From: a virus
Taxonomy: Duplodnaviria > Caudoviricetes
IMG/VR virus record: IMGVR_UViG_3300021387_000164
Coordinates: 1-64,000 of that record
Length of the DNA: 64,000 nt
Direction: 5' to 3' (one strand)
In this document: in pieces, positions 52,198-64,000 of the stretch
Numbering within the stretch: the stretch's first letter is position 1
Layout of the letters: every line of letters starts with the position of its first letter
The notes under the pieces: generated by a model
What the model was told of the DNA's origin: nothing
Databases searched by the model: none
Seen by the model: only the letters and a program-made list of their open reading frames with translations
Position numbers and translations under genes: made by a program

Positions 52198-52950
52198 ATG
52201 GTAGTTGAACTTAGAATTAAAAAGAAGAATCCCTGGGCAGGGTTAATTAAGTACAAGAGTTGTTTTGATTATATTGCTCCTTATTTTACTCGTTCCGGGT
52301 CGATTTATACGGGTCTCACCCCAGAAGATGAGAAATATTTTGAGAAAGCTTTAGGTTATCCTGAAGGACACCTTGCAAAAAGTTCAGATTTTTGGACAAC
52401 CTTCTGTGTAAAAGTAGGTTCTCGTACACTGCTCCTTGACGATTCAATTCCACGTCAGGCAATGCTTATTAAGTTTCTTACTGGTCACAAGCGTGTAGCA
52501 ACATCGCTGGATAGACTTGATGCCGGCAAAGATTATTTGTTGATTAATCGTGAGGCTGAGGCTGTAGAACAGAACAAACAGAATAAGCTCCGCCGTGACG
52601 CAATCCGTGAATTTGATAGTCTGTCACTTGAGCAAATGCGTAAATGTTTACGTTTGTTTGGTATGAATGCAGATAGAATGTCAAATGAGCTCGTAGAGTC
52701 TACGTTGTTTAGCATGGTTGATAAAAATCCGAAGAAGTTCTTTGATAAGTGGGTTAACAACAAGTCAAAGGATACAGAGTTCTTGCTTGAGAACGCTATT
52801 GCAAAAGGTGTTATTCGTAAGGATAAGACTCATTACTTCTATGGAACAGACATGTTCGCTGATTCATTAGACGATGCTATTGCATATCTTGACAGTAAGA
52901 AAAACCAAGATCTGAAGCTTTCTATTATTAACGAAACAAATAATAAGTGA
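52198..52950 (+). CDS. conserved crAss-like protein downstream of MCP
   Basis: 250 aa; synteny. Confidence 0.8.
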   Translation: MVVELRIKKKNPWAGLIKYKSCFDYIAPYFTRSGSIYTGLTPEDEKYFEKALGYPEGHLAKSSDFWTTFCVKVGSRTLLLDDSIPRQAMLIKFLTGHKRVATSLDRLDAGKDYLLINREAEAVEQNKQNKLRRDAIREFDSLSLEQMRKCLRLFGMNADRMSNELVESTLFSMVDKNPKKFFDKWVNNKSKDTEFLLENAIAKGVIRKDKTHYFYGTDMFADSLDDAIAYLDSKKNQDLKLSIINETNNK

Positions 52951-52970
52951 TCTAATCACTAATATAAGAT

Positions 52971-53948
52971 ATGACGCATAACGACGTATATACTAAATTC
53001 ATGATAGGGTATGACAAGGCTAATGTAACTTCGTCGTATCCAGCGTTAACAAAATATGAAGTTGCTACAATTCTTGATAAAGCGTACGATGCGTTAATTG
53101 CGTAGAAAGTTACAGGTAATAATCCAAGACGTGTTCCGTTTGAAGCCGACCAAAAGCAAATAGCCGACTTGCAAAAACTTATTACATATAAGAAAGTGCA
53201 ATTTAAACAGGCTATTGACGGACAGTATATGGAAACGCAAAATGTTAGTGAATTCGATCTTCCAGAAGACTTTAAGTATTATGTTAGATTGTTATTAGAA
53301 TATAATACGAACGATCCAACGGAAGATCGTGTTTACGAAACAGCTGTATTTTCTCCCAACTCGATTACATACATTGGGCAAGACGACGATAAGTGGGTGA
53401 GCCTTAATGAAGGCTATAAAGCAACCAATCCAGACGAACAGCGTGAAATACAGCAGCAATTTGGGGACTGGATACAGTGGAGAAATCTTTATTATGCTAC
53501 TGGTATTGAAGATATAGTAAATACAAATCTCATGATTGCTGAGAATTCTGACGGTAAGCCTTATGACAGACGACAAGTCAGAATGCTCCCGGTTAAACTT
53601 GTATCGCACGACATAGCTGAAAAGTTTATAACAACAGCATATAATATGCCGTGGGTAAAGAACCCTGTTTGCTATATATACAATGACACAGTTGCAGTTG
53701 TATATGACGCGTTAAGAAAACCTAACGTGGAGCCAGAAGATATCGCACATTTTGTTTATATTCGTGATCCAAAGAAATTTGTTACGAGCGATCCAAATGT
53801 GTGTGACTTCTCCAGCGCCACCGAGATGGAAATATCCGATACTGCCTCTGAAGAGCTTATAAATCTTGCAATATCATTTGCATTAGAAAACACAGAGTCT
53901 TCTGCTAGGTTGAGTACTAAACTAAATATGAGAGGGCTTGAGTCATGA
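52971..53948 (+). CDS. head-tail ring/adaptor-like protein (one TAG)
   Basis: ATG 52971, TAG 53103; YIRDPK...EELINLAISFALEN ending shared with the next two genes. Confidence 0.8.
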
Positions 53949-54658
53949 CAATAAATCAAACACGACAACTTGGAATAGAATTTGAACGCAGAGTTCAAAC
54001 TATGATTCCCGAAACTGAGTACGCAGAGAAGTTGGATACTGATACAATATATTCATACTTGAATCAATATCAAGATATGTTTATACGTGACATATATAAA
54101 TCCTTGGGGGCAATTGCTCAACAACAACACCCAAGTGAATATATAGAAACGATACTGCAAACCTTTCTTTCATACTTTGCTATGAATCTTGAAAATGTGG
54201 ACAATCAGTATCAAGCAAAACTTCCATCAAACTTTGGTTTATACGTTGACAGTTCTACTAGAGTTTCTAGTTCTTATAGAATGAAGACTAATGCGGAAGA
54301 TACATCTGGTGTAGTTTCAAACGTATTTGTTTCTCAGACTATTGCTCAGCAATTCTTAATGCAGCCATCAGATTCAATGAGGATTATAAGAAACCCTATT
54401 GTATATTTAGACACTAATAGTAGAATAAAGCTCATCTGCGATAGATACACTAATCCTACTACGATAGGGCTTCATTATTATAGAATGCCTAAGTATATGA
54501 ACTTAATGGAATCTGTTCCGTGTGAATTACCAATGGAGGTTTTTGAGACTCTCGTATCTGGCGCTGTAGATCTTTATGTACAATATGTTGCTGGTGCTGA
54601 GGCAAGAAAAAGACAAATTGCTGAACAACAGAAACAGAATGCTAAAAACGAACAATAA
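53945..54658 (+). CDS. ring/adaptor-like protein
   Basis: YYRMPK...CELP...ETLVSGAV. Confidence 0.75.
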   Translation: MTINQTRQLGIEFERRVQTMIPETEYAEKLDTDTIYSYLNQYQDMFIRDIYKSLGAIAQQQHPSEYIETILQTFLSYFAMNLENVDNQYQAKLPSNFGLYVDSSTRVSSSYRMKTNAEDTSGVVSNVFVSQTIAQQFLMQPSDSMRIIRNPIVYLDTNSRIKLICDRYTNPTTIGLHYYRMPKYMNLMESVPCELPMEVFETLVSGAVDLYVQYVAGAEARKRQIAEQQKQNAKNEQ

Positions 54659-55347
54659 TGGTAGGAGTTGATATAATAGGTTCGTTCGAGCTTGAAATAA
54701 ACAAGCTGGACGACACATTACAGAAACCTCGTACGGATGACTCTATATACTGGGTGAACCAGGCTGCGGTAAAGTTTACTAAGGATAGATTCAACGGAAA
54801 CACACCAAAGCGCACATCTTACGAACAGACTGAAAAACGGTCTAGAGATTTGATTAATTTGCTTAATGAAGATGTTTGGGAAACTCCTGTCATCTCGGCT
54901 ACTCATGAAAATTATAATGAGTACGAATATACTTATCCCACCGATATGTTGTATGTTCTAAATGAAGATGTTGTTATATCAGATAACAATGATGAACATG
55001 CGATGGATACTTGTGTATTCGAATGTACAGCAGATAGTTTCATGTATCGAATCAATAATTCGCTTACAGACTTTCATTATCGTTATCATAGAGCTCGTCC
55101 TTTGCGAGTTAGAACAAAAGACGGCTTTCGGTTATTGACCGACAAGAATTATAAAATAAAGAAATACGTGGTAGGGTACCTCAAGGTTCCTACTGAAATT
55201 GATTCTCAAGATCCGTTTAAAGAGTACACGGATTTTGCAGATAATGTATGGGCAGAGATTATTAAAATAGCGGCTCAAATGTATGTTGAAAACAAACAAG
55301 ACCCTCGCTATAAAACTCTAACCCAAGAAGTACTCACACAAGAATAA
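54658..55347 (+). CDS. ring/adaptor-like protein
   Basis: YLKVP...EIIKIAAQM. Confidence 0.75.
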   Translation: MVGVDIIGSFELEINKLDDTLQKPRTDDSIYWVNQAAVKFTKDRFNGNTPKRTSYEQTEKRSRDLINLLNEDVWETPVISATHENYNEYEYTYPTDMLYVLNEDVVISDNNDEHAMDTCVFECTADSFMYRINNSLTDFHYRYHRARPLRVRTKDGFRLLTDKNYKIKKYVVGYLKVPTEIDSQDPFKEYTDFADNVWAEIIKIAAQMYVENKQDPRYKTLTQEVLTQE

Positions 55348-55426
55348 TAATTTTAACGTGGAAACCCCAGCTAGTTAGGTCTAGCCTTTGTGTATAGGGG
55401 GAGTAGAAAAAATTAAATTTTAAATT

Positions 55427-56473
55427 ATGTTAAACTACGTAAATACTGTACTCGTTAGCAATCTGGCTACTGGTGCAGTGCTGGCAGCTGAGCCTGCTCA
55501 GGCCGCTTCGATGAACGCTGCATCTGCTGATGCTGGCAAGTTTATTATCATGAACTGCGATGCTAATGTAGCTTCTGGTGATCTTTATAATGTAACAGCT
55601 GCTAATGCTGGCAACATCAACACTATTAAGGTTGGTATCGTAACAAAGAAGAACACTGTTCTCCGTAAGCAGAATGGTACTGTTGAGTATCGTCCTATTA
55701 TCAAGTGGTCTAATGAGATCAAGGCCGCTGATATTAAGAGCTTTAATGCCCTGAATTATGCAGCTGACACAGAGGACCAGGTTACTATTGATTTCAGTAA
55801 TCTTGACGCTCAGGTTGCTACTCTGTTTGCTGAGGGTGGCAAGCGTATCATCGTTCGCCTGACATTCAAGGATCTGCCTACACGCTTCCGCAACTGGACA
55901 GAGTCTTATGAGTATGTTACACAGATTGGTGATACCGCAGCAACTATTGCTCAGAATATCGCTAATCAGATTAATTCAGAGTGGAAGCGCGCTCGCGTAT
56001 CTGCAACTGGTAGCAACTCTCAGGTTGTTATTACAGCTCTGCCTTACGATGACGACGAGGCTGTTGAAACACTGAACTGGGCCGCTAAGGTTCGCTTCAA
56101 TGCAAATGTTTATTATACCGATCCTGCTGCTGACGGATGGGAGTCTAAGAATAAGCATTTCCCTGCAGGTGTTGCTATCAACAAGGTTCCTGGAAAGCAG
56201 TATCCAGCTTCTGCTAAGCTTGTTCGTGATCGTGAGTCTTGGGCTATGGGTTATCAGGGCATCCTGAACCGTGGCGAGGGCACATGGCCAATCATCAAGC
56301 CTGCTATGGAGGCTGACATCACAGCTCAGTACGACGCTCTTACTCTCGAGTTTGAGAATATGTATCGTGCTGCTGACGACATTCAGCGTAAGACAAAGCA
56401 GACTCTTGAGGTATATGGTATCACAGGTCAGCTTTCAGATCTTAAGGATATTCTCGAGGCTTTTGTAGCCTAA
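55427..56473 (+). CDS. abundant structural protein (auxiliary capsid-like)
   Basis: MCP-like codon bias, no TAG, followed by a strong terminator. Confidence 0.7.
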   Translation: MLNYVNTVLVSNLATGAVLAAEPAQAASMNAASADAGKFIIMNCDANVASGDLYNVTAANAGNINTIKVGIVTKKNTVLRKQNGTVEYRPIIKWSNEIKAADIKSFNALNYAADTEDQVTIDFSNLDAQVATLFAEGGKRIIVRLTFKDLPTRFRNWTESYEYVTQIGDTAATIAQNIANQINSEWKRARVSATGSNSQVVITALPYDDDEAVETLNWAAKVRFNANVYYTDPAADGWESKNKHFPAGVAINKVPGKQYPASAKLVRDRESWAMGYQGILNRGEGTWPIIKPAMEADITAQYDALTLEFENMYRAADDIQRKTKQTLEVYGITGQLSDLKDILEAFVA

Positions 56474-56494
56474 TTTTAAACTAAATATAAAATC

Positions 56495-56532
56495 GGCTGG
56501 GGGTGGGCTTCGCCCGTCTCTGGCCTTTTTTA
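56495..56532 (+). terminator. intrinsic terminator
   Basis: GGCTGGGGGTGGGC-TTCG-CCCGTCTCTGGCC followed by a T-run. Confidence 0.85.
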
Positions 56533-56547
56533 TCAACATATTGCAAT

Positions 56548-57900
56548 ATGAATAAGATTAGAATTGGAAACGACATTAGGCTGCTCATGACGATTGAGCA
56601 AAACGTAGACCCTAATTCAACACACGCTGGCTCATTTAATCAGTCTAGTATTAAACAGCTTCGGTGTTACTTAGTGAATACGTCTTTTGCCAAGCGCATT
56701 CAACCAGACGATCTGACTAAGTTCAAGAGAGTCGGTTTTCCTCAATTCTATCAACCAACTGAACACAATATAAACAACTCGGGATATCCCAGTTATTATA
56801 TGATGCCTGCGAATGTTCATAATTATGACACATTCTCTCCAGACTTCCATGACTATCACTGGTGGCCAGGTTTCCGTGGATTTGGTATCAATCCAGAGCC
56901 ATTTAATCATTATAGACCACACCGCCACGATCACAAATTTGACAACGTATATCTTGCTGAATCTCAGGTACTTCCAGAGGAGAACAGGATATCGTGTTTG
57001 TTCCCCGCCGTAGATCAACTTATGTGCGGAACATACAAACTTATTGTTGTCTTAAGTGTATATGAGCAAGGATGGGGTAAGCACAATCTTCGTACATATA
57101 CTATCGACAAAGGTAATATATTTGAATTAGTCGACGACCATACTGGTAAATCTGGTAACATCACAATTGATGTAGACGGTACAGGTGATAGAGAAAACTT
57201 AATAAAGTCAATATTTGCCGATAAAGATACTGATCCAAGCTCTCAAGATAAGAATGTATTCTATCTTCCTGTAAATAGCAGTCTGCGTCTTGGATTGAAT
57301 GATATAAAGGGTAAGCCATACAATATCTTCTGTATATTGAAAGACGATTGTGAAGTTGTGTATAATCCTTACGATTGGCATTTTAATCAGCTGGAGTTTA
57401 GTATTGAAAACGGAAAAGAAGACATCTTGACAGTAGACAAGCTTGGAGTTCTCACTTCTCACGACGTGCTAGGGGTAGAAGATAGAGTTACAGTTACGGT
57501 TAGTTGTGTTGATGACCCATCAATAAATTATCAATTTGTTGTAGCTGTACAAAACTTAGACACAATTCTTCTCGGATTTGACGATGAGGAAAATGTTCAA
57601 AATATGTATCCTACTTCTAGAACGATATATAAATATAGTATTGACAATATCGTAATAGATAACACAAGTAGCGAAAATTACTTATGGATATTCTCTCAAA
57701 GAAAAGTTGATGGTGTTAGTAGGACTGTGATTGACACGTCTCATAATATTCCCGTCACATCCGAAGTAAACATCCCGTTGCAAGACTACGGGGTTAGAGA
57801 TGGTTATTATTGTTATCGTAGCGTCGACAAAGTCGGTGCAGGAGATGTACGATTGAATGTTGAGTTTAATACAAGCCTTTATAATTACTTTGGCTATTAA
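56548..57900 (+). CDS. structural protein with Ig-like segment
   Basis: Start MNKIRIGNDI; ILTVDKLGVLT...VTVTVS pattern. Confidence 0.75.
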   Translation: MNKIRIGNDIRLLMTIEQNVDPNSTHAGSFNQSSIKQLRCYLVNTSFAKRIQPDDLTKFKRVGFPQFYQPTEHNINNSGYPSYYMMPANVHNYDTFSPDFHDYHWWPGFRGFGINPEPFNHYRPHRHDHKFDNVYLAESQVLPEENRISCLFPAVDQLMCGTYKLIVVLSVYEQGWGKHNLRTYTIDKGNIFELVDDHTGKSGNITIDVDGTGDRENLIKSIFADKDTDPSSQDKNVFYLPVNSSLRLGLNDIKGKPYNIFCILKDDCEVVYNPYDWHFNQLEFSIENGKEDILTVDKLGVLTSHDVLGVEDRVTVTVSCVDDPSINYQFVVAVQNLDTILLGFDDEENVQNMYPTSRTIYKYSIDNIVIDNTSSENYLWIFSQRKVDGVSRTVIDTSHNIPVTSEVNIPLQDYGVRDGYYCYRSVDKVGAGDVRLNVEFNTSLYNYFGY

Positions 57901-57943
57901 ACTAATACTATTCATTTTTACATAACCGTAATAAACAATAGTG

Positions 57944-58462
57944 ATGCAACATATATCCGATACACTACAACGCATGGCAACTACATTAAATACGATTGTT
58001 AACGGTAGTATCTTAGGTAAGTTTTTTGTAGGGTTGGGTTCGGCTATAGTAGGGTATTATACCCCAATATTGTATTTATTACTTATATGTTTTGCCACTA
58101 CGTTAGTAGACATGATCTACGGCATTAAAGTGGCCAGGAAATTTCGTAAGAAAATAGAGAGCGGTAAGAATTGGACTGGCACAGTTAGAAAGATAAAAGA
58201 TACGTTTATTATCTTGTCTTTGGTACACGGCTTAGAATGGGCAGTGCTTGGTCAGTCTGGTGTATTTTTGCTTACCGGGGGTGCGACTGCAATTATAACA
58301 TTAACAGAATTGTGGTCTATTATAGAGAATTTAAATACGTTGGACCCGAATGGTCCATGGCGAGCATTAGGTAAATTCCTTAGAAAAAAAGGAGAGGACT
58401 ATACTGGAATAGAACTTAATCTAAATGATGAACATACTGGCGATAATAAAGTGGGTGATTAA
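57944..58462 (+). CDS. holin
   Basis: Several TM helices, DMIYGI..A and ELWSIIENL motifs. Confidence 0.85.
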   Translation: MQHISDTLQRMATTLNTIVNGSILGKFFVGLGSAIVGYYTPILYLLLICFATTLVDMIYGIKVARKFRKKIESGKNWTGTVRKIKDTFIILSLVHGLEWAVLGQSGVFLLTGGATAIITLTELWSIIENLNTLDPNGPWRALGKFLRKKGEDYTGIELNLNDEHTGDNKVGD

Positions 58463-59081
58463 CCACTGGAAAACAGCCGTAAACGCCATTTGCGTGGCTT
58501 CTGTTGCGTTTTTATTTATATTTGGGTGTTCTACCCACAGACAGAATAAAAAGCTGTCACAGGAGCTAGAAATGGCTCAGAACAACATTGAAGCCTATTA
58601 GGGGTTGTTAGACAGCTCCTAGTAGGCTAATAATGTTTTATGGCTGGACATAAAAGAGCTTAAGTCTCAAAATGATAAAACGTTGCACAAATTGGATAGT
58701 GTTCGTAACGAACTTAAAATAAAACCAAAATCTGTCAAAGTAGCTGCAACGCAAACATAGACTTTAAACGTTAATGATAGTAAGGGGGTAAGGGGGGATG
58801 CAATCTCCGTTAAAGACTCCATATACAAAGATAGTATAAACTTTAATGATTATACTAAAGTATATTATACTATTACTTAGGATTCTGTTAATATAGCATT
58901 AGATATAAGTAATGAACAATATCTATATGTATACGAAACTAAGGAGTATAAGAATAAGAAAAGTTTTATTAAACGACTTTTTACGTTAGACTTTAAGAAA
59001 GTAAAGAAAACAAAATACGTTATGCATAATACAAACGATATAATAAAACAGGATGACGTAAGAGTTGTAGAATCAAAATAA
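58425..59081 (+). CDS. spanin-like lysis protein (218 aa; five TAG; missing from the track)
   Basis: N-terminal TM, coiled coil and beta-rich C-terminus; overlaps the holin end; TAG at 58599, 58620, 58623, 58758, 58878. Confidence 0.75.
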
Positions 59082-59085
59082 TAAC

Positions 59086-59817
59086 ATGAGTAAGACTTCA
59101 CTAAGAGAGATTATAGATGATATACTTCTCTTGGTAAGAAATAACAATATAAGTGAAAGTGAAGATCTGTCTAGAGCGTAGATAATCGCGTGGGTTAATC
59201 ATTACCGCAGAGCTCTTTGGAAGAAACATCTCGACGAGATAAAGGAAAAAGAGAAGCAAGGATTTGATATTCAAGATCTCATTGATGATGAATTTCTTGT
59301 TGTCAAAGAAACAGGCCCACATAAGATAGTACACGTTAAGTCTGGCGATCGTGAAAGAGACACTTTTACTAGAGTTACTGAAGATACTTTCGAGAACATA
59401 TACAATAACGACTGGAAGAGTATACTTGCCGTACACGATGAAGATGGTGAAGATATTCAGTATATGAACCATATGAGAAGGCATTATCAGTACTTTAGAA
59501 AATATACATTTGGAGAGTTGACCTCATATTACAAGGATGACAAGCATATATACGTACAAGGATTGCAAGATCAGGATAAACTTAAGTACATATATGTGCT
59601 TGCTGTTTATGAAGTACCCGACGATGCAGATGATGCAGAAGCCGGTGATGATCCAGATGAAGAGGATATTAAAGTCCCAACATGGATGGTCCCAGATATT
59701 AAAAAGCTTATATTGACAAACGAACTTGCGTTTATGCTTAAGATGCCTAGCGATGATGATAACAACGCTACACTCGACGGCATAAAGCCAGACGGACCAA
59801 GAGAGGATGAAAAATAA
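59086..59817 (+). CDS. ring/tail structural protein (one TAG)
   Basis: ATG 59086, TAG 59179, in frame with track ORF 59464. Confidence 0.8.
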
Positions 59818-60250
59818 AAAATCGTTGACGTTCTTGGATATGTATAAAACGTTGCCCATAGAGCTTGATTACAGCCTATATAAACGCATATTAAGCGCCA
59901 TGTGCACAATTATCCTAGAACACGTATTAGAAGGCTCAGAAGGCTTTAAAATGCCTTATGGACTAGGGTTTATACAGATAGGTAAATATCAACCTAAGAC
60001 GCTTACTCCAGATTCGTTATCTGTGGATTATAAAGCAAGTAAAGAATACAATAAACGAATATATCACTTGAATGAACATTCAGATGGTTATAAATATAGA
60101 CTATATTGGTCTAAAATACCTCGCACATTCCCAGACAGATACAAGTATTCGTTAAACCTAGTACGTAAAAACAAACGTAAATTAGCTCAACTAATATTCA
60201 ATAAACACGATTATATAAATATAAATGATATACAATTATACAAAGTGTGA
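59807..60250 (+). CDS. IHF/HU-like crAss protein
   Basis: FKMPYGLGFIQI...IYHLNEHSDGY; position before the tail tubular gene. Confidence 0.65.
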   Translation: MKNKKSLTFLDMYKTLPIELDYSLYKRILSAMCTIILEHVLEGSEGFKMPYGLGFIQIGKYQPKTLTPDSLSVDYKASKEYNKRIYHLNEHSDGYKYRLYWSKIPRTFPDRYKYSLNLVRKNKRKLAQLIFNKHDYININDIQLYKV

Positions 60251-61169
60251 ATCAGTCATAGCTAAAATAATGGCTGATTTAGATTCCACTGAAGTAAAGC
60301 AACGTATTACAGATATACGAGAGTGGATTTTTGAAGCCATAGAAAAGATTGGTGCTCCTATGTAGTATATCACAAAAGAATCTGGTGTGGACGGCGAGCC
60401 TATTTTGAAAATAGAAGACAGACAAGTTCCGCTACCACACGATTTGCAACATTTAGATGCTGTAGCGTACAGTGAAACAATAAATGGACCGTGGATTCCA
60501 ATGAGCACGATGACGGGTGCTTTCAAAATGAAGCAGAGCAAACCTAAGTTACCGGCTTATACTATAAATCACGATCCTGCGAACATGGCTATCGAGGAGC
60601 CGGCTATTGTTAAAAATCCTGGGTTTGAAGACCATCAACCTGAAATGTACAAGCTTCCGACATCACAACACCAATTATACACAAATAACCTAAGTAAATA
60701 TACGAATCGGTTATTGCGTGATGCTGCAAACAAGCCTGAATACTTTATAAAGCCAGGTTGGATTGTTACAAACAAAGATAAAGGTTTTATAAAACTGGCA
60801 TATAAATCAATTCCTGTTGATGAAAGAGGCTATCCACTTATACCGGATTTGGCTTCATATCAAGAAGCTGTATATTGGTACGTTGTAATGAAACTTAGTT
60901 TCCCTAAGTTTATGAGTGGTAAGCTAGGTGGCAGCACTTCTAAATATGCTTCTAAATACGCGTTTCAGTCATATTCTGAAGTAAAACAACAGTGGTATTT
61001 TTATAGAAATCAGGCATACGCAGAAGCAATGATGCCAACTGCTGATGATATGCAGAATATAAAGAATGATTGGAATAAACTAATTCCAGATTGGGATGGT
61101 GATGACACATTCTTTAAACACATAAATAAAGAACAAATAACATATAACGACTACTACTATGGTTATTAA
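60225..61169 (+). CDS. tail tubular protein-like (one TAG)
   Basis: ATG 60225, TAG 60363; DERGYPLIPD...EAVYWY. Confidence 0.8.
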
Positions 61170-64000
61170 TAACAATAATTCGCAAATAAATTCCTTTGTT
61201 AAGGGAATGAATTCTGACGCTGCGTACGATCAGATAGAGAATACATAGTACGTATTCGGGCAGAATGTCAGAATAACTAAAAATCAGTCTTTGGGTGGTT
61301 TTGCGGATTATTCGTCAGTGCATGAAGGAATAGTTGGTCCTGTGTTATCTGGAACATTGGTTGATACTGTTGATTTAAACGCTAATTATAATATACTGTC
61401 TATAAAAACAGTAGACAACTTAGGTGTTATTGTACTGAATCAGAAGAATACTAAGAATATTAAGGTTTATAGATTTGAGGTTAACATTGATGATGACAGC
61501 CACATTTCAAAACCATTTGAATTAGTATGGACATATGATAATCTTTGGTCTGGCGATGTGCCAGAAAAGATATCGACTGTTTTATACAAAGAGTTGGATA
61601 ATGTAATAAAGTTTTATATTGCTACTGGAGAGCATCCAATATTAACTCTTAGGGTCGATGATGATGGTGTAAGCAGATACCCATCAAACAAAAACATGAA
61701 CCCAGATGACCTTATAAACAATAGAATTGTTCCTAATGAACGTATATACATTAAACAGGTTATCACAGGTCGTTTACTTTCATCACAAGTACAATACACA
61801 TATCGATATTATAACAAATACGGCAATTCAACGCAATTAGCTCCGTTAACAAATAAGATACAAGTAATCGACCCCTCTAGATCAAAAGAAACAGGTAACG
61901 CCGAAAATACTGAAACGTCTATTGGTTTTATGTTGGCAATCAATACCGACGAATATAAGGACAAGTTCAATAGAATTCAGATATTTAGATTGCAGTATAT
62001 TAAGCCAGGTGAGGATGCTGAAGTGTCGTTGATATATGACGATAAATTTTCCAATACAACAGAGTTTGTTCTCAATGATGTTGGAATAGAACCTTTGCAA
62101 AAGTATACGATGGAAGAGTTTTCTTCTATGCAAGGTATTATTCTTATTCCTCAGGTAATCGAGCAAAACCAAGAATACATGTTCTGCGCAAACGTAAAGG
62201 ATGATACAATCATACAAGACTTTACGGTGGAGCAGAATGATAACAATGTTGCCTTGGTTAGTACGGATGTAATGTTGGATACGTTTAATTACGATTACGG
62301 ACATATTCCAGCTGAGACTACACAAAAATATCTCGGTTCGAATATTAACATTAAAGATTATAAAACCGGTAACGATATTATGCCGGTAAGTGAATATATT
62401 GACCGTCGTGGAATAAATCCAAGCAACGTTACTGCATCGTACAACGATATGTTTACTTCTAGTTTGTTAAGGTCGTTGAGACGCGGCGAGGACTATAAAT
62501 ACGCAATTATATTCTACGATAAATACGGAAGACGTTCAGACGTACAACCAATAAATGATTTTGTACATGTTCCGCGTATTGACGAACAAGATGGTACACC
62601 ACATTTCATTCAAAACTAGGACTTTAGCGTTAATGCAAACCCAATTGGTGTACAAATTACATTACCAAATATAAGTGGTAAATATGTCGATGATGGCAAC
62701 TTAAAAAATATAGTAGGTTGCTAGATTGTCAGAAGAAGTTCGTCTGAGATATATCAGAATACACTTCTGCAAGTTGTATTATCTAGACCAGTACAGCAAC
62801 CGTTACTTGAAACATCGGTAATTGATCCATCCACCATTACAGAGGATTCTACTAAAAAGTCGCCGTTCTATCCAACGGGGTTGTTAAATACTAAAGACAT
62901 GTATATAACCCCACACTACTATAATCCAGACATTGCTTATTATGACGTGTTAAAAACGCGAACGATGAATAAGCGTCTTTACCAAATATTTTCATCTGAA
63001 ATAGACTTTAGACGTGACGACGTTCTGTCTAAGTTAGGTCTTTCTGATTTAAAGATTACGCCGTTAATATATATAGATGGTGTATATGGTAAATACAAAA
63101 ATGCAACGTATAGTTTTGATGGTTTGTACGGAGGAGGTTTTAACATATTCACTGATGGTATTGGGTTAGGAAGAGATGTTGTGAAAAAGTTAACAACAGA
63201 TGAAAAGCAATCTACACACTGGGTATTCAACTTTTATAAACAGCTGTACGAACCACAACGCGTAGAACATCCCATCAAGCAAGTAAAAGATGTTAAGATG
63301 GCAAGCTGGGACTCTGGTTTTTCAGATGTAACTTATCAGGACTTAGATATATACACCGCCATTAAAAAGTATAGAAGTCATACTACAAATATTGATTCTT
63401 ACTTATATAACAACTGGGTATCATTTGGTAAGTATGACCTTAGAGCTGGTTTGGAGGGGCAACCCAATATGGAAGATTATCCTGGAGAAGAGGCTCAGGA
63501 ATATCTTGCTGAACAAGCAGACTACTTACAATGGTTGTATAGGGATGGGTCTTAGAATAATGTTAGACGTGGATATATTGGCCCTGGACCATCTTGCTTC
63601 TTAATTGCTACTGATTCAGATGTTACTGACACGATGCAATCTCCGTACGTACAGACAGTGTTGTGTAATATAACACATACTCCGAAAATAACAAACGTAC
63701 AATCGGCACAGACAGAATAGTACTACGGTTTTGGTAATTATTTCCGTCTTGGTTATGACGATGATACACAATCTTTATATGTAGTAAACCCAGACAATAG
63801 TTCGGATAAAAGTGGTAAAACAATGATTGTGTTTGATGGAGATATTTATATAACTCCGCACGAAATAACAACACAATTTAAAACATACGACTTCCAGTCT
63901 ATTGATACATTGCAAAGTACGCAGATTACAAATTATGTTCCATTAGAGTCTAAGGTAAATACTTACCTTGATTATGGAATGAACTTGCGTAATACAAACA
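61159..64000 (+). CDS. tail stabilisation/muzzle protein (runs off the right edge; at least five TAG)
   Basis: NSFVKGMNSD start, QYTYRYY, LRRGEDYKYAIIFYD; TAG at 61246, 62617, 62722, 63553, 63718. Confidence 0.85.

Noticed and set aside
1-64000. CRISPR array, DGR, integrase or transposase
   Set aside because: No regular repeat-spacer array and no reverse transcriptase, recombinase or transposase motifs were seen

Overview
This window is part of a crAss-like (Crassvirales-type) phage genome. The host is probably Bacteroidota, since starts are mostly SD-less and A-rich (TATCAAAA-ATG). It has three blocks. (1) 1-23.6 kb is a leftward, probably early/middle region. It holds the N-terminus of a DNA polymerase, an ECF sigma factor, many small hypothetical genes and four tRNAs, and it uses TAG as a stop. 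(2) 23.7-26.9 kb is a leftward block with an amidase. (3) 27.1-64 kb is a rightward late region: GroES-like, HU-like, dUTPase, fibres, TerL, portal, lysozyme-domain protein, MCP, ring proteins, holin, spanin-like and tail stabilisation protein. Blocks 2 and 3 read TAG as a sense codon (code 15, probably Gln), which joins many fragmented ORFs in the supplied track. The most unusual content is a dense non-coding RNA layer: an ORF-free, helix-rich region of about 2.3 kb (candidate giant ncRNA, 5450-7810); a circularly permuted two-piece tmRNA (G3-U70, tag GNINIADYTGLKEVA); an amber (CUA) tRNA whose D- and T-loops have lost the canonical motifs and are instead complementary to each other; two hammerhead ribozymes; repeated pseudoknots; GUGA-tetraloop hairpins; and anticodon-less tRNA-like minihelices. 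Two promoter-like motif sets are also visible. All calls come from manual reading. No database search or folding computation was run, so novelty is unverified.
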